A stretch of DNA of 62,947 nt, the filler included, from Squatina squatina (lineage: Eukaryota), in NCBI GenBank assembly GCA_031763465.1. It is 4 parts of 4 records of this genome, joined end to end, with 100 filler letters (N's around TTAATTAATTAA, not from the genome) between each part and the next. Parts side by side here need not be neighbours in the genome. Positions count along the whole stretch, not along the records: positions 44,702 to 62,947 come from JARFOE010000004.1; 3 more parts are not named here. One strand, 5' to 3'. The position numbers were made by a program, and so were the translations under genes. Positions 59,741 to 62,947 of the stretch are shown one piece after another. Within the stretch, counting starts at the first letter, position 1, and each line of letters starts with the position of its first letter. The notes under the pieces are model-generated. The model saw only the letters and a list, made by a program, of their open reading frames with translations, was not told where the DNA came from and ran no database searches.

Positions 59741-62700
59741 GTATGTAATTAGTTACTGAAGTACGATTACCATGGATTATTTGGTTTTTAGAATACTTGC
59801 TTCGTTATCTTATAAGCATCAGTATCTTATAATCATCTTATAATCTTATAATCAATAGCTTCATAATCGTGTGTAAGAATTAAAAGTCTATAATCATCAA
59901 TTTAATCAATGATAACCTGAATTAGATGACATGTAACCTTTTTGCTTATAATTAAGAGTCTGTGAGTAAGCGGTAACTCAGACAGACTGAGGTGAGGAAG
60001 AAGACTGCTGTAGTTGAATAGTGAAGTCAACCCCGCACAGCCCGTTTCTGCCTCCTTCCCAAGATCCACAAACAGGGCTGCCCTGGTAGACCCATTGTTT
60101 CAGCCTGTTCTTGCCCCACGGAACGGATTTCTTCCTACTGCGGCTCTTTTTTTCCTCCCCTTCCCACCTACATCTGTGACTCTTCCGATACCCTCCGNNN
60201 NNNNNNNNNNNNNNNNNNNNNNNNNNNNNNNNNNNNNNNNNNNNNNNNNNNNNNNNNNNNNNNNNNNNNNNNNNNNNNNNNNNNNNNNNNNNNNNNNTGT
60301 GCGCTGAGTAGTGACACAGTTATTGCACCGCGTTGGGTAAAGTATCTGCCCATGGTCTCCAGTTGCACAGAGAGGTCACAGAGAGGGTTGCAATCCTGAG
60401 CAGTAGCGGCACCCTCGGGACTGCTCCAAGAGGTCGCCCCTTCGGGTGTTGAGGCAGATCAGCACCCACATTTGCACACATGGTGACCTTGAAGCTTTAG
60501 TCCACATTGGGAGAATTTCCAAGCAGACTTCTCACTCTGGATATGGACACCGGGAAGGCCAGACCCCTAAGAGAGAGCAAAAGAAGGAAAGGAACCACTA
60601 AGTCCCGAGCTCCAACAACAAGGAATCCCCAGGGCACCACTTAGCAGTTAACTTGAATACGTTTCTATTCTGCCTACTATGGTGAATAGAAATGAGCGGC
60701 TTCTCACCTGATATGAATAACATACATCATTCCATCATCGACTCTCACTGTAGTGTTAATATTATTGACAACTCCAGAAGATGTGCATAGAAACTGGAAC
60801 TGTTGAAAGAATAATTTTCTACTTTAAGGAAGCAATGNNNNNNNNNNNNNNNNNNNNNNNNNNNNNNNNNNNNNNNNNNNNNNNNNNNNNNNNNNNNNNN
60901 NNNNNNNNNNNNNNNNNNNNNNNNNNNNNNNNNNNNNTCAACATAACAAAAACAGATTATCTGGTCATTATCACATTGCTGTTTGTGGGAGCTTGCTGTG
61001 CACAAATTGGCTGCTACGTTTCCCACATTACAACAGTGCCAACACTCCAAAAGCGCTTTGGGACATCCAGTGGTCATGACAGGCGCTATATAAATGCAAG
61101 TCTTTATTTTCTTTCTTTAATGAGACAAGGCTGGTGGTAAGCCTTTTCCTTGGACTAGTGTATTTTGCAATTGTTAAGTGAACAGAGAAACATTTGTAGT
61201 AATTCTCACCACACTATGATTTGGTCTGTATCACTCCTTTCAGCAAATTAAATATCACACACTATCTCCATCAGTGGGCTCACTTAACAGTTTTTGGTCA
61301 GCCGTATCCTTAAAAACTGACTGCCTCTCTGGGCTTAATCAACCTCCCAAATGAGAATCTGTCTGATCCTTTTCTCCATTACAAAATCTTGTGCTAAATT
61401 GAACTGCTTATGTATGAATAGGGTCATCCCAACAATAATAAGTATGGAAGTTTACAGAAAATCTGAAATTAGATTAGAAATTATTATTGTCTCAGTGGCT
61501 GCAGGAAGAAGAACTTTAAGCCTGTGCAAACCACTTTTACAGGAAAACACAACACTTCAGTGCAACTCATTTCCAAATACTTTCTGTGGAAAAATGGGCC
61601 AAGAAAAAAACTCTGAAATGTGAGACAGTAATGAGAATACTGACCACTTCTCTCCGCTGGCAATTCAGGGGCTGTGAAGCTAATTACGATGCGCCAATTG
61701 CCATGCCACCTTACATGAGCTTACTCCTCACAGATGAGGAATTGAACCTCATTCCTTCTTGATTAGCATTTAAAATATTACACTGGGCAATGGGTTGTCC
61801 ATATTAGGGAGCTGGGTGAATACTTGATGATCCCTTGCAAAGTTGTTAACAGATTCTGAAGTTTATAAAACTCAGAACTGTTACACAGTGAGAATAAATG
61901 CAGAGCTACAACTCCCAGAGAGAGTTTTTAAATATTGGAATGACGTTGTTGATCAGGTTTACAGTGGTTGTTTTAGAAACTGTGGAACACAGCACTGAAT
62001 AAAAGTCTCTGGTGTAAAGAAAGATGATGTGTTTCACTCAGCCTCTCTCTTGATGGACTCATTAAAAGCCTGATACTTTCAGGTCAATTCCTTCAAGAAA
62101 GCTAACTCAGAAACATTAGAAACCTGCCACTACAGAAGGACTGACCAAGTGATATCATTGGGGAGTGCAGGCACTCTCTGTGCAAACAAAATGCTCGCAC
62201 TTCAAAAAGGAAGCTGCATGCTAGCTTTATCACATCTATTTTTATGCGATTCTAAAGACAAAATAGTGAAATTATATCCCAATTGGCTGTTATTTATTAC
62301 ATTGAGTGTTTGATTGTTANNNNNNNNNNNNNNNNNNNNNNNNNNNNNNNNNNNNNNNNNNNNNNNNNNNNNNNNNNNNNNNNNNNNNNNNNNNNNNNNN
62401 NNNNNNNNNNNNNNNNNNNCCGGCTGAAAGTCAAATCTCAAACCCCGATGGTTAACACCTACAACAAGATGGCAGCCAGAGCCATCAGGTATGTGGAACG
62501 CCAACTTTTCCGTGCAGATATTCCGATTCACACTCCTAGCACCCATAGCTGCGTGCTCGGGTGCTAATTTGCAACATCTACCCTCTAAGCTGCTAGCACT
62601 TCTGTAGTTCAGGGACTTGCTGTAGAAAGTATTGTTCTGAAGGATAGCCTTATTATACTATTATACAAACAATGACCCAGATAATTAGATTGTTACCCAT

Positions 62701-62947
62701 ACTTTACCAAGATTAATGGCTGCTTATTGTATAATCATGCGCCAAAATAGGCCAGCCTTTTAAAAGAAAATCAGGCCGAGACAGCTTTAATAAATCACAA
62801 GAAATTACTGATACAGTGTGTGTGCTCTAAAGGAAAAAAAAAGGTAGTCATCGTCACATTGTAGTCAAAATTGTACCAGTAATTATCATATTAGGCGAAA
62901 TGTCACACACTGCAGAATGTCTTTGTTTGCATTTACTAGTGGGGGGT

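Overview
This is vertebrate genomic DNA, almost certainly from a cartilaginous fish: it carries a SacSINE1/Deu-type SINE, shark-type CR1 and Penelope repeats, and a GPR139-like receptor. It is not one locus. Four scaffolds are joined by artificial N44-TTAATTAATTAA-N44 linkers, and each is mostly short contigs separated by 100-N gaps. Segment 1 (1-15319) holds isolated exons of CTR9, IRAG1/MRVI1, LYVE1, AMPD3 and HRAS (genes of human 11p15), plus a PKD2 last exon and a divergent PHF6/PHF11-like exon. Segment 2 (15420-28977) is AT-rich and non-coding, with a fossil Harbinger transposase. Segment 3 (29078-44601) holds the 3' end of an endogenous retrovirus-like element (atypical env, PPT, 719-bp LTR) tail-to-tail with an intact two-coding-exon GPR139/GPR142-like GPCR, a 33-bp minisatellite, long polypyrimidine tracts and CR1 LINEs. 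Segment 4 (44702-62947) holds the PHF3 last exon, interrupted by a HARS-like WHEP exon, and three EYS exons. The best leads are the non-gamma-type env/LTR element, a core-intact minimal hammerhead ribozyme in a Penelope-derived repeat, a KASH5/LRMP-like EF-hand exon at the IRAG1 locus, and the PHF6-like paralog exon. All gene identifications come from recalled protein similarity, not database searches.
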